This document shows, one piece after another, positions 25,514 to 39,186 of a DNA stretch of 64,000 bases. The stretch covers positions 4,092,001 through 4,156,000 of the forward strand of contig CDPCPM010000275.1 in assembly GCA_976551045.1 (NCBI GenBank). The letters run 5' to 3'. The position numbers and the translations under genes are program-made. The number at the start of each line of letters is the position of its first letter. The stretch's first letter is position 1. Below the pieces are notes generated by a model. That model was not told where the DNA came from. It did not search any database and saw only the letters and a program-made list of their open reading frames with translations. The DNA is from Glaucostegus cemiculus (lineage: Eukaryota).

Positions 25514-26414
25514 CTTCTGACAATGTTTTCATGTTGCCATGACCAATAACAGTACTGCTCCATTATTTTTTAAATGGAAAATGAAAGCTAATGACAATCA
25601 AGATTTCTGCAAGAATTCTGGAGCAATAACATTAAATTAATAACAGAGAAGGTAGATAATACTGTAAAAATATCATTTAAAATATATGTTCTGTGAAAAG
25701 TATTCTCTGTAATCAGTAACAAACATATCTGAAATTTCAAATTAAAATGTTGACAAAGTTATGCACATCTGTTTTCGTTTTTCTTCTCCAATTACCTCAA
25801 TATGTTTACAAAACCACTGTGCTCCAAGATATAAAATAGACTTCATAAAACTCTTCATTGCTTAATATGTTTTGCATGTTTTATTTTTTATTTTTCTTAG
25901 TTTATCTTAATGCTATCAGTAAAAATATTTTTCAGTGGATTCTGCTATGTGCTGAAAGTGGTCTCTCAGTGGAAGCATGGTTATGAACCAGAGTAATTGA
26001 ACCAAAAGAACATCTGCAAAGCATGTCCATGAGGCCCCAGATGGCCATTTGTATGGGCCACAGATGTCATTATGTTTGATGAACATATGACCATGTTCAA
26101 GCTCTTTAATCTATGACCTATATTCATAATACCCTTCTTTCCTAAAGAAAAGTTTTGGATAAAATTTTTTCTACAAGATGTACAGCTATCATTATACTTT
26201 AATTTGAGCACTTTAGAACACTGGGTTTACAAGCAATTTAAACCAGAACCAGGGTAATAATTTAAACCAGGGTATTATAACCCAACAGGTCAATAATGGT
26301 ATTTATGCTCCATGTGAGTCTCCTCCCACCCTACTTCATCTCACTCTACCAAAATATTATTTTATTCCATTCTCTATCACATACTCATCCATCTGTCCTT
26401 CACACTTATCTTCC

Positions 26415-27385
26415 CTAATACTGTCCCTCGGGATCAAGTATGACTTGTTTCCACTCTAAGTTAGCTATTGAGGCAATGCAGGAACCACAGACTTTTCCAC
26501 AGGTAGAGTATGTAGTGGCTGACAGAGCAGATAGGTGGGTATTTGTGAAGTGCTGCACTCCTTCCATGACTTGTGCAAGGCTTCTGTTTGCATCCAATAC
26601 ACAGCTTTGAGGTTCTCAAAATGCCCCAAATGCTCTTTTTTCATTTTCATGGTAATGGATGTTGGATTCCCAGGAATCAGTGGCTATGTTGCACTTCCTT
26701 AAGGAGGTTTTGAGCACATTCTTGAAGGCTTTTCCTCTGTCTCTCTGGTGATCTCTTCCCATGATTGAACTCAGAACAGACTGTCTGCTTTGGGACAAAA
26801 AAACGATATGTTGGTGGAACACAGCAGACCAGGCAGCATCTGTGGTGGGAAATGGACAGTCTATGTTCTGGGTTGAGACCAATGCAGTAGTGGATTCCCC
26901 CATGCACATCTTGTTGTCATCAAACTCAGACACATTACCCACCATACTTTTAATGCATCAAGTTTTTTTCAGAAACCTCTGGCAAATACTTGCTGCAAAA
27001 CTGTCATGTGTGTGGCAGAGTTTCCACTTCAGGGGTTCATTTTCAAAACAGGGCAACATGGGGTTTATCAGCTTTATTCCAAATTGCAACACTGCCAGAA
27101 CAAATTCATGAGTGAGGTCCATCGCTTCTTCAGTGTCCTTTCTCATTTGGGTTACAGTCCACATTAGTGACCTCTGTACTATTTCAGAAATTGAGACTGG
27201 ATATGTTAATTTTATGTACAATGCATGCCACCTGCAGTTTTACTCTTCAGGCATTTTCCACTCAGGCCACAGTCCAGCGAATCCCACAAACAGATGGGAT
27301 TGGTCAGCAGTCTACTTGCACATTTTGAAACTCATGTGCTGCATTCCAAGAGCAAAATGTGAATTCTGCATGGTAAACATTTAAT
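26415..27385 (-). mobile_element. RTE-clade LINE 3' part, with a Penelope-like terminus inserted at about 26795-26885
   Basis: Encodes RGKAFKNVLKTSLRKCNIATDSWE and a decayed C-terminal zinc finger STCGKVCGSCI, both typical of vertebrate RTE ORF ends. Confidence 0.8.
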
Positions 27386-27839
27386 GCTGACATGGAGTTT
27401 TATATGTGAAACAAATAAAAATCCATTTTTCCACGTAGGCTTTTGAAGTTGTTTTGTTGGGTTTTTTTTGTAATTAAACCAAAAAGCTCTCTATATAAGT
27501 GAACATAACATTTTAAACATATGTCAGGACCACCAGCATTCAGGAAAATGTGTTATTTGGTATAGACTCAGCTAGTACATGTATTGGTTTGTCTTGAAAT
27601 TGAAAGGGTAATAACTTGTGAGCAAATTCCAGCATTTATTCCCTTGAAATGTCTGGATGTTTAGGACTCTGGTGCAAACACAGGAGTACTGAACTATCTG
27701 GCCAAGCTTCATCAATGATTTCTTGGCTGTGCTCTGAATTCCCCATCAATTCATCTGCGGAATCTGTCCACTGATCCTGCACAAGGCTAACCCTGGCAAA
27801 GGAACAGCGAGCTCATCAACTTCAGTGGAAAGAACAGCT

Positions 27840-27875
27840 GCAAGGGAGAAGGCAAGGGAGAAGGCAAGTAGAAGG
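27840..27875. repeat. 12-bp tandem repeat x3 (gcaagggagaag)
   Basis: gcaagggagaag gcaagggagaag gcaagtagaag. Confidence 0.8.
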
Positions 27876-28289
27876 TAATTTACATGTTTATGAATTACTT
27901 GCGTTTGTTTGATATTTCTAATTGTTTAAAAATATTTTAGGTGCTTTACATTTTAGCATTTTAAAAAATTGAATATTTGTTTAACTGACATAATAACCTT
28001 TGAATGTTTCTGAAGTGACATGACAACTTCTTGGCAACTTTGATAGCCAGCAAAGCTGTTGGATGTGACTTTGTTGGTATGCACATTTTTTCAGCTGTTT
28101 CATGGATGGGATTTGTTGTGACCTATTCAGTTGATGTCTTTATGTCCCTTGGGGGCCTGCAGAAACCTCCCCCCCCCCACCTCCCAACCCATTTCGAATT
28201 GGTAAGGCACTTACCAGCAAGTTGATACTGGGTGATCTGTAAAAGGTATTTCAACATGCTCACCATCAGCAACAAGAAACTGCCAAATA

Positions 28290-28528
28290 TTAGAATCAGA
28301 ATTTATTATCACTGACATATGTTGTGAAATTTGTTGCTTTTGAGGCAGCAATGCAGTGCAAGACATAAAGACATACAAATTATGGTAAGTTACCAAAATA
28401 AACAAATAATGCAAAAGAGGAATAGCGAGGTAGTGTTCATGGGTTCATGGACCATTCAGAAATCTGATGGCGGAGGGAAAGAAACTGTTCCTGAATCATT
28501 GAGTTTGGGTCTTCAGGCTCCTGTATCT
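28290..28528 (-). mobile_element. Rex1/Babar-like LINE 3' end
   Basis: Nearly the same sequence as 47003-47240 (agaatcagaatttattatcactg...ggttcatggaccattcagaaatctgatggcggaggg). Confidence 0.75.
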
Positions 28529-28637
28529 CTGATGAAAGATCGTTGATCTGAAAAATTAACTTTGTTTCCTTCACCTGCTGAGTATTTATAATGTTTTTGG
28601 GTTTTAACTTCAGATTTCTAGCATGTGCAGCATTTGT
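28525..28637 (+). mobile_element. Penelope-like terminus with hammerhead-like core
   Basis: CTGATGA-A-AGATC-GTT-GATCT-GAAA then ttaact from 28529, followed by cacctgctgagtattt...cagatttctagcatgtgcag. Confidence 0.7.
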
Positions 28638-29639
28638 ATTACCTAATACAACTATTTTGGTTGAGGAAAATACGGCAACAGAATTTAAATATTTCAATCA
28701 GTTTTTAAGTCTCAAATGAGGTCATAAGCCCTGAGCTAACACTGTTGTCACCCCGAGGGACTATATTGTTCATTTGTCTGTCTGTTTCTATTGAATATGC
28801 AAAGTATTGGAAGTACTATGTGAACATGACAGCTATAATTTGGCTGCCCACTTAGTAAATCTCATTATTGGCAAAAGTGAATCAGGCTCATACAAATTAA
28901 GTAGATACAGAGAGATTTAAATTCAGATTATACACATCACATTCTGGAACACTTTACCTAAAGCTGGGGAGGGCCAGCATAGTGTCTGGGGGATGAGATT
29001 CAGTGCAGTCAGTCTGCAGACTGTTTACTATGAATTTTGTGGCACTTTTACATTGCTATCAGCAACAGACACAGGACAACTAATGTTTTAGTTATGCTTC
29101 AGATCCTAATTAAGTGTAACATTCTTTGGTTCCTTTATATGGCCTCTTATCACACAGTGTTCGGTTTCATACAGGGAAGCATAGAATAGTGAGAACGTAA
29201 CAGGAGTTCATGACTAACTGGATTGATGAAGTTATTTTTCCATTTCATTAAACTAATTCCAGTGACATTATGAGTGGTTTCAGATGACTATTGATGCAAT
29301 TCAGAGATCACACTAGCAATCTGTCTCTCAAATACATGGATGTGAGAGCATCACAACACACTATATGAAATTGCTTTTGAACTATTTTAGTCTTAAGACA
29401 AGGTAAAATTCACTACTTGTGCTGTTCCAGCATGAAAAATCAACTGCTCTGTAGATGGATCTCCATTCTTGCATAGAGATGCAGAGTTCCAGTCTCACCG
29501 AGCTCATTGTAGAGAGCTGTGTAAAAATAATGCAATTGTGGTAATTATGAAGTACTCAGCTACAGTGGTATTTACTATTTATGTGGATGATCAAGGATGT
29601 TAGTGAATTTTATGGATGGTGCACACCACTGTGCATCAG

Positions 29640-31570
29640 TGGTAGAGGAAATGAATGTTTAAGATAGTGGATAGGAAGTTTTAATGATGTGGAATTTGTT
29701 GAATGTTGCTGGCACAGCTTTCATCAAGACAAGTTCAGAGTATTCCATTACAATCCTAACTTGTGCTTTACAGTTGATGCAAATATCCAAGATGTCAGGA
29801 GTTAAGTCCTTGCTATAGGATACTTGACCTCCAATCTTTCCTTGTAGCCACAGTATTGATATGACTGGTGCAGTAGAGTGGTGATCAATGGTGACTCCCA
29901 TGCTGTTAATTCCATTGGATGTCAAGAGTTAGTGGTTAGACTTCCTCTTGTTGGAAATGTTCACTGTCTGGCACTTTGGAGGCATAAAAGTTACTTGCCA
30001 CTCCTTTAACAATTGTCCAGATCTTGCTATATGCAGGCATAGACTGCTTCACTTGCTGAGGAATTGCAAATGGAACTAACTATTTTTTAACCACTTATGA
30101 TCAGGAAGATGAAGCAGCTGAAGATGGTTGAGCTGAGGACATTGCTCCAAGGAAATCTTGCTGTGATGTCCTGGGGCTGGGACAGCCACACCTGCCTTAT
30201 CTGTGTGAGTTATAACTTCAACCATTGGACTGTTATCCCTTTGACTTTAGTTTTACCGAGACTCCATGATGCCACACTCAGTCACATGCTGCCTTTATAT
30301 CAACAACCATCGCTCCCACCTCATCTCTTGAATTCTGCCCTTTGGTCCACATTTAACGATAGCTTTGATGATTAAGAGTAGACAGATTGATGGATAATTA
30401 GGCTGATTAGATTTGTCCTGCATTTCTTGAACAGAACATACCTGAGTATTTTTCCATATTGGCAGTTGGTTACAGGTGTCATAAGCTGGAATAGCTTGGC
30501 TAGAGTGCAGCTAGATCTGGAGCATGAGTCTTCAGTACTATAGCCAGGATATTGTCTGGTCCCACAACCTTTGCAGTCTCTAGTGCTCTCAGATTTTTCC
30601 TGATGTCATGTGGGAAGAATCAAGCTGGCAGAAGGCTAGGCTCTGTGATAGTGGAAATTTCATTAAAAAGCCAAGATGGACAACCTATTTGATCTTAGGC
30701 TGCTCATGGTTGCGATGCTTCAACCTTGTCCTTAGCACTGCCCTGCTGAGCCCCACCAAAAGAGGCTGTTCTTGGCACTTTGTCCTCCCAGTAGCTGTTT
30801 AAGTGTCCACCACCATTCATGTGTAGATGTGACTGCCAAGTTTTGATATGATTGTTGATTGTACTCTGTCTGCTGCACATTGTTCCTGCCGTTCAGCATG
30901 TATGTCTTCCTGTGTTGCAGCTTCATCAGGTCGGCAACTTATTGTTAGGTAGGCCTGGCACACCTCCCAGTGTACCCTTCTTCACCCCTCTGGCTTGACA
31001 GAAATGGTAAGAGGAGGAAAATGCCAGACTATGAGGTTCTGGAGGTGAATGGAGCTGAATTTCTGCTGCTGCTGCTGATCCTCCCCTCCACCCTCATCTC
31101 TCCATTTCACAGATGCTCAGCTTTGAACTGCCAGCTATATTTTGAGTCTATCTCATTTAGCACAACTGTAATATCAAACACAGGGAGAGTGTCCCCCATG
31201 TGAAGACAGGAATTTATCTCTACAAGGACTGGATGATGGTCACTTCTACCAATGTTGTCATGGTCCAATGCATCTACAGGTAGACTAGTGAGGACAAGGA
31301 CAAGTAGGTTTGACTTGCTCACTATGCTGCAGGCCCAGTCAGGAAGCTATATTCTTCAGAATTCAACCAACTCAGTCAGTACAGTGCTACTAAACCACCT
31401 TTGATAATGGATAGTAAAGCTCCCCTCCCAGAGAACACTCTGCGCTCTGGTTACTGCCATTTAAGTGTTGTTCAATATGAAGGACACCTCTTCAACTGTT
31501 GAGGGAGTTTGCAGGCATGAATCAGGAGGTGAGTTCCAAACTAATATTTGTCCTAAAGCTACAGGACTTC
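29640..31570 (-). mobile_element. Degenerate CR1/L2-group LINE (endonuclease and RT remnants)
   Basis: ORF 29659 has CKAQVRIVMEYSELVLMKAVPATFNKFHII. ORF 31107 has NLLVLVLTSLPV...IGRSDHHPVLVE (APE-type SDH motif). Confidence 0.8.
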
Positions 31571-32764
31571 ATGGGTCCTGGGGGAAAATATATGCAAATT
31601 CTTGCAAAGAGAAAGTTATTAACCTCACTTTTGCATGTTCATTCTGAATTATAAAGAGGAAACCTTGATCAATTTAGTGTCATTGACTGGACAGTTTACA
31701 AAGAGAGTGCTCAGCACCAACACCTATTATGCCAGGGCACTAACAGCAGTCCATCACAAATCTCATTAATAATTGTTAATACTCAAAAGATTCAAAACAG
31801 TCATATTGAATGAAATATGAGAGTTCTCCCTTGAAAGCTGATGCTTGATCAGATTAATAATTTAAGGGACTTGAACTTTATGTACTGCTGCATGACAGAC
31901 TATATGCTGTATTTAGAACAGACCACTGAATAAACTGCTAAACAATTTGCTGTTCTTTCAATTTAAGGATGCATGCTACAAAACTAATACTTTAAAATAA
32001 CACTGCATTGTTTGAAATACAACTTATGAGCTGTTAACTCTTCAATTATCATTTTTAAATACACTAACTCTGCTAAAAGTTGGTAGTTTATTTCATTTAC
32101 TTCTGAATTCCTCAGCGGTAGAATTATGTCCCAAACTGCAACATGGAAATCATTTGCATCCCCACCTTTTAATTCCCCATTCCCCCCCTGGAAGCCTGGT
32201 GAAAAAGCAGCCAATAGTTATCAGGTAACACTTGCTATTGTACTACCTGTATTATGCTGCCTTCAGTTCTGACAGCTGGTGCAGGAGCCTACCTGAAGCT
32301 GGGAGGGTTCTTCTGAAAGGGCAGATAATGTAATTTCCCTAACCACAACAGTAGGTCTGATTTGATTGGGAAAGCCAAAGCATTTTCCCTTAACAAGTAA
32401 ATTCAAATGCGAAGTGGATCACAACCCGAAAAGTTAATTCACTGACTATGTTTCATTTTCCTTTCTCGGCCTGAAAGTGAAGGCCACAAGGAAAGTTTAG
32501 GCCTCCCTGTTCTGGTTCTGGTTACCTCCTTGCTGTAAGACTGGTACCCTACCTCATTTATAAAGGCCAGAACTGAGACTTTCATTACTGGAATTGCCAC
32601 AATCCTATGGCCTGTTCCTTCTCACTTTCTCCTCAGCCGAGATAGATCTCAGAGGTCAAAACTACTCTGTCCTCATCCTGCCTACGTTGATATCTCAGTG
32701 AAGTTTTTGAGTAATACTTCAAATAAAACCGTGAACTGAAGCCATCCTGAAATAAAAAACAGAA

Positions 32765-33205
32765 AACAAATCTGATGAAAGGTCCCATACCTGAAACATT
32801 AGCTGTTTCCCTTTCCACAAATGCTGTCTGAACTGCCAGGTTTTCCAGCATTTTATGATTTTATTTAGTATTTCCAGCTTCTGCAAATTTTTGATTTTCT
32901 TTGTTAAAGCAGAAAATACTGGAAATATTCAGGAGGTCAGGCACCATTTACGGAGAGAGGCACAGAGTTAATTTTTCAGGTCAACGACCTTTCATCAGAA
33001 CTAGAAGTGAGAAATGAGACGTTTTTTTGATGCCAAAAAGGGAGTGAAGAGGACAAAAGGAATTTCTGCAATAGTGTGGGGACCAAGAGAGGCAGAATAA
33101 TACAAGTAGCGGGGTTGCAGGCTGAGAGAAGGTGGCAAAATCTTGTTAGTCCCAGCTGACCCATCATGAGCAGATATAAACAGGAGACGAATAAAGACAA
33201 TCAAT
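32765..33205. mobile_element. Tail-to-tail pair of Penelope-like termini, each with a hammerhead-like core (32772-32796 +; 32974-32998 -), plus a GA-rich extension
   Basis: Plus strand: CTGATGA-AAGGTCCCATACCT-GAAACATT. Minus strand: AGTT-CTGATGA-AAGGTCGTTGACCT-GAAAAATT-AACT. Confidence 0.75.
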
Positions 33206-34229
33206 TTCCTTTTAACAAAGCTTTATAGATAATCTGCAAAATCATTTCAAACCCAGTGCCACAGACCGGGGAAAGTTATATGTTTGGAACTCACAATCAG
33301 AGGTTGGGGGAGACAATTCGAGTTTAAATAGTCATTCTAAAATATCTGTTGTGGCATTGGCAATCCGGTACATCCATGGATCATGCAATGGTGAGACGAG
33401 TTGGTATGCAGACCTCCTGATTAGTATATCCAGTCCAAGTTACTAAACTTGCTGGATCTAATGAGTATGTACGTTGATGGAAATTGCCTCCAAATGCCAA
33501 AGGAATTTTGGCCAGCACAAGTTTCTATAATAAACATTAGTGTTAAATGCAGACCAACAATAAGAACAATGATGAGAGTTCTCTCAGAGACTGGCCACAT
33601 GAGTGTAAGTAATGCAAAAAGCACGTTTGGCAGAAAATTCTGATACCAATGCACTGAGAATCACTTAGCACAGTGTGTCTGTGAGAACAGCAATGTGCTT
33701 TAGTTGTGTAAAGCAAAGCCTATATCCTTTGCAAAAATAGAGTATGGCAAGCCGATATAGTTGAGTAGCATCCTAATGGAAGGGAAACAATTCCAGTAGA
33801 AAGCTGCAGAAGGAAGGTTAATTTAACATTGAGGCTGATGAGAAATGCAAGGAATATATGCCTCTTGTGGAGGTATAAAAATGAAAGGGGATTTCAACAT
33901 TAAAGATAATTAATCAACAAGTCAATATGAATTTTTACATGGTCACTGATTGTTCCATCATGGGAGGGTAAACCACAAGACCAGGTTTGGTAAGGCACCA
34001 TTTGTAAAAAAAGAATATTAAAGCTGAGAACATGGTCTGGAGAAATGTTGAGAAAATTTAGACAAATGGAATGCATAATCCTTAATAAAGAGAAAAATTC
34101 AAGGCTATCAATTAAAATGAATAAATATGTGAAAAGATTAACATTGCTAGGAAGAGACTGGCTGTAAGAGTTGAGGATCAATTGAAAAAGCTTATTTAAT
34201 ATAAATACATCTGCATCATTTTTAAAGAA

Positions 34230-34900
34230 TATTTAGAAACATTATGAAGATAAGCTGAAGAATTCATACATGGGCATTAAAGGTATCAAGCTTGCATATA
34301 TATTAAAACAATATTAAACTGATTTATTGCAAACTTTGGCTAGTACGTAAGTGTTGAGAGCTCAGGTGAAAGACGAGCTTAATAAACTGGAGTATCATGG
34401 CGTATTGGTGAGCATGTCACAGAATAATTGAGTGAAAGCTTTTACGGTTGAACCTGAGGCAGTAAGACTGTCTGGATTGGCAGTGATTATAATGAATGAT
34501 ATGACAAAAGATGCCTTCTGGCTTCACCTCAAGATCTGTATGCCAAACTAACAGCAGCTGAGGTCTTCGCTAAGTTAGACCAGACTCATGCTTATGCATA
34601 ACAAAATAGGCAAAGAATGGCAATACTACTTGACAGTTAACAACCACAACTGACTTTTACTTTCATACTAAACTACTGTATCGGATAAAAATATTATCAG
34701 AAATATTTCAGGAAACAATGCTACGGCGGATGAAGTATTTTTGTACACTCAGGATGTCATTCTTATTGCAACCACCATGGAGAAGGAAAACTTTTGCATA
34801 TTTGAGCAACTGTTTCAGAAGACTCTATTAACACAATGCTAAGCTTAATAAAAAGCATATGCACCTTTGAGCAGAAGGAAATGATTAATCTGGATCTGCA
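34230..34900 (+). mobile_element. Ty3/Gypsy LTR-retrotransposon pol (RT) relic, with stops and frameshifts
   Basis: Hand translation gives, in order, LRAQVKDELNKLEYHGVL, PQDLYAKLTAAEVFAKLDQTHAYA*, EWQYYLTVNNH, SEIFQETM, TQDVILIATTMEKEN (decayed YxDD) and LSLIKSICTF. Confidence 0.8.
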
Positions 34901-35463
34901 GGTAGCTGAGAATAGGCTGTCACTAATTGTAGAGATGTTTGAGGCAGCAAAACCGAAACCATTACTGTTTGTTGCTCATTTTCAATATGACGCAGTACTG
35001 AGCCAGATGTCATCCTGACCTTACCACAGTGTTGACTTCACTTTTATGTACTGGGCTCATCAAGGAAGCATGGTAAATGTTTCTAGAGTTCATATGGGTA
35101 TCCAGAATCAAGACATAATTCAGCAGAGGTGTCCAATGGACATATAGTTTTGAAACAATGTTTACTGCAGTCGGAAAAAAAAGCACAGCCAAAATTAGAT
35201 GGCAGCTAACTAAGATATTTTAGGAGGCTTTACCAAAAGCTAGAGATGAGTTGTTAAAAGTTTCTGGAAAGTTTGAACTGCATCTCACTGAAAACACATG
35301 GAAAATAATGTGGTAAAATTTCTCTTGCCAACATCACATTTAAATGCAGCTTCCAGCTGCACAGATAATGTTGGTGACATACTCTCTAACATGGCTGAAC
35401 ATAATTAGTTCAGATAATAAACAAACAAATATGTTGAATAATAAGAATTTCAAAATTGCTTAC

Positions 35464-35544
35464 CTGCAACCACTGGTGATTTTCTGTTGTCCAAAAGCTG
35501 CACAGTTGTACTGGCTGTCACAACATTACTTTTATTTTCTGCCT
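35464..35544 (-). CDS. CACNA2D3: CACNA2D3 coding exon, 81 nt (about human exon 27), 5' of the LRTM1-containing intron
   Basis: tttgatag|(E)AENKSNVVTASTTVQLLDNRKSPVVA(A)|gtaagc; human GPVNKSNVVTASTSIQLLDERKSPVVAA. Phase 1/1. Confidence 0.96.
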
Positions 35545-38500
35545 CTATCAAATTGAATCATAGCTTATTAGTATCAAAGTAAAATGATTCAAACATGAAT
35601 ATTTATTGTAAACATCTTTCATTCAGATAAATGCTGAGAAGTATTTCAGTTGTGTAGAACTTGCAGTGTTGCCAGAACCTAATGATGTAGGCCCATATTA
35701 TTTCCTGATGAGCATGTGCCCTTGTGGAGGTTACCTCAATGGCCATGTTTGTACAATGATGGGAATATAAAATAATCCAGGACAAGGAAAGGCTATTCTG
35801 TAGCATCTTATTGCCAAATATGGCCAATCTACAATGGATTTCATTCCCACCCATTTGTAGCGCTTGACTTAAGAACCAGCATTGCATCTTCATACCCTCT
35901 CGAAAATAGTACAAGAACTCTGCAACTTCTTGCGGGCTGCTGGAATGGGGAGAAAGTGCTATTGGCACATTATCTGCTGCAATATATTGCAGGTAAATGA
36001 CTACATTAGTGTTATTCTATTCATCACTTACATTTATTTAAGAGCTTTGATTCATTAGAAAGTCAAATTGTGGTGACTATCTTTCTATTTTGAACACAAG
36101 TTAAAATTACTATGGGGAAAGCCAGAACTGAAACAACTGGCATTGCTTAATATCTCAAGTTAAATAATTTCTGCTACTGACTCTTATCTTTTTTGGATGC
36201 ATACAACTTGAAAATCAGAAAACTGCTGAAAGAATAGCCAATTAGATTTTATATTTTTTACCTGAACAATTCTGCATCAAACAATGTCAAATCCCCGATT
36301 GTGTCCCTTTGCTCTCCTTCCAGAGTTTAAATTCCATAAAATATGACACAAAGATTACGAAGCATTTTTACTTCTAGCTTTTGCACCATGGAGTTTTATT
36401 TCTATTGTCATCTCCCTGCCTGTATTTCTCCTGTAAACTGCTTCCAATCCTGTTGTGAAATATTTAATCAAGCAATAAAGAGGATGAGAGTTCCAGATTC
36501 TGTCATTATATTACTGCCTTATTTTACAAGATCACTGTAGCAGGCAACTGAACATTATGTATCAGAAGTGGGCATCATTGCTTGTTAAAAACTGTAAACA
36601 GGGGAAGAACTTAAAGAAGGTGACAGGTACCAAGATTTAAACAGAACACTGCACTGGGCAAGAGATGGTGAAGGTGGAGGTAAATAATCACAAGGGCTTT
36701 GAAGAGAAGTAATGGATTCAAAGTAATAGCACGTAATAAAATCTCAGGTGCAGTGAAAGGGCAGAAGAAATTAATAAATAATGGCAAAATTTAGAAAACA
36801 AGAGGAATTTTTGAAGGGAACAGAAAAACCAAAAATCAAAGTATTGAAGTAAAAGGGGAAGAGATTGGGTGACCATTTTGACTCCATTAACTAAGGGTGA
36901 TTATCTCACTCTATTTTCCCCTGTTCAAGCGATCCATATACCTGTATACAGTCAATCTGATCCATTTTTACATTATATGGAAATTAATTTCTGGATTTAG
37001 GTCAGAATTTCATTACATAATTTTTCAGATGGGGTTACTTTGTGGTGGTTGTATGAATTCTAGTGGTGGGTGAAACAGATACGGGGCAGGTTGGGCATTT
37101 TGTATTCTGAGCAACATAAGTTTTTTTTCTCTGGTATAATCTTAGATGTTACAGTTAGGTAGCACCTGTATTAAACATATAGGCCTATAAATTTTACATA
37201 GGTTTTCTGGTGTTACAACGTCTTTAGAGATCACCTTAACATTGTTTCAGAAACATCTGAAAGACTCCATAAAATTCTTCAGCACTAAAACAGCACTTGC
37301 AGGCTGCATAATGTTACTCTATTTCAGAAAGAGTGGATGTTAGGAGTTGAATTTCCCACCGAATAAACCTCAAGTAGCAAAGAAAAAACAGATGCCTGCA
37401 CTGCTCTCAATGTCAGAATCAGAGTTATCTCAACTCTCAGAAACCTTTCTTCTGTATCCTAGACTATTTCTGCTGATACTTTGTTGCCTACTGCTGTGTT
37501 TCAGAAGTGAAGAGTATCTCTCCCAGTAAGATGGGGGCCTTCTATTACCAATAAATATATATTTTCCATTCACACCTAAAAAGAACATTTGGGTGCTGTC
37601 TGGAATTCCCCAAAATACAAGAATTCATAGAGAGCACTCACGTCCTTATGGACACTTCTCTATCAACGCCTTGCTAGGAGTACCCACCTAATGCCATCTT
37701 ATTAGATGTCTTTTTCCCAGTTTTTAACCCATTTCTGGTCAAATGAACATTGAAACACTTCACTTCATACAGAATTTCTTCTGGCAATTGGTGTTCCCCT
37801 GATTTTGCAGAGAGCTGCTGAAACCAGCAGGTGGTGTGGTCACTGGGATTCCAGTTTCGATCAGTCTACTTGAGATTTATTTGCAAAGAGTTAAGCAGCA
37901 GCCTGCTTATAGTTGTATGACAGATATTTTTGACACTTAATATAATCTTCAGTTTGAGCCTTCAGCATTTATGAATATGTGTTTTTCTGTGCATAAACAG
38001 CACCAATAATAATTCAAACCAAAGGAGTTTAAAATATTGCCAGAAATGAATTTTGGGTACAGTACACATGCTGATGTTATTTGGATGAGATAGATGCCAG
38101 AAAATAAGTAGAAAGAGACAGAAAATTCTTAGACCATTAAGTCCAAACCTTATTAATGACTAGTATTACCTCAGAAAGTGCACAGAATTTGTTAATGGAA
38201 TTTTCATCAGCACAACACTGGTTTCTCAGGCAATGCAAAGACACATTTCTCAGCCATAATTTGGGCTGTGTTGAACAAAGTTTCAGATTACATTCAATAG
38301 ACAAATGCTTCAGTTATTTACCGGAACAAAACCTGTAGGCTTTACATTACACTGAGGTACCACCAGCAGATCCACTGGTGCAAATCTAGCTCTGGAGCAA
38401 GGCCAGTCACAACCTTTGATTTATCTTTTCCATAATCATCAAACACTGAAGGCCAGTCTGATAACTTGATGTAATCAATTTGTTGTCATTATTCAGCTTT

Positions 38501-38669
38501 TGGGTCTTTAGATTTACATGGTTATAAAATATATTGATGACAGGTCAGTATACTCTTATTTATAGATAGCCTGTTGTTTTAGTCTTAGATGCAGCTATGC
38601 ATCAGAATTATATGTAAAGGAAGCAGTTCACTCTGTGTAATAAGTGCCAGAGTCCAAGGACCATATGAA

Positions 38670-38942
38670 TGTGTGTGTGTGTGTGTGCAAATATAAGTTA
38701 CGCAAAGAAACATATTTATAGTTCTCAAGGATTTGAGCATTATTTTGCACTGTGCCCAGAAATAAGACATCATTATCTTAAATGACAGTCATGTTCCACA
38801 TATTTTGCATGCAATTCAATGGCATCATTATTTATGTTCTTTACATATAAAAAGGATAAACTTTATTCTGTTCTATAACATTCTAAATTCTTCAATAAAG
38901 TTCTTAAATCAATTTAAACAGTAAGTGTGTGTGTGTGTGTGT
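38670..38942. repeat. Two (TG)9 microsatellites (38670-38687, 38925-38942)
   Basis: Direct reading. Confidence 0.9.
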
Positions 38943-39123
38943 TTGTGATACAGAAATTTACATGTGGGAAATTGGGGAAATAGGGTCTTACTTAAACCGA
39001 ATGGGTAAAATTGAGCTGACCAACAGCCGGCAATTCAAATGGGGACCACTGTTTATCAGCAGCCAATTGGGCTTCAAGATACAGCATACTTTTGCTTATG
39101 TTCAAGCAAGTCTGAAGCAAATT

Positions 39124-39186
39124 GGAGGTCAGATGTCAGTGTATGAAGATCCGATGTCAGTGCATGGAGATCAGATATCAGTTCAT
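39124..39186. repeat. 21-bp minisatellite x3
   Basis: ggaggtcagatgtcagtgtat / gaagatccgatgtcagtgcat / ggagatcagatatcagttcat. Confidence 0.85.

Noticed and set aside
39124-39186. CRISPR-like or coding repeat array
   Set aside because: The 21-bp units are contiguous with no spacers, in a vertebrate intron. It is a plain minisatellite, and no CRISPR or other prokaryotic features are present.
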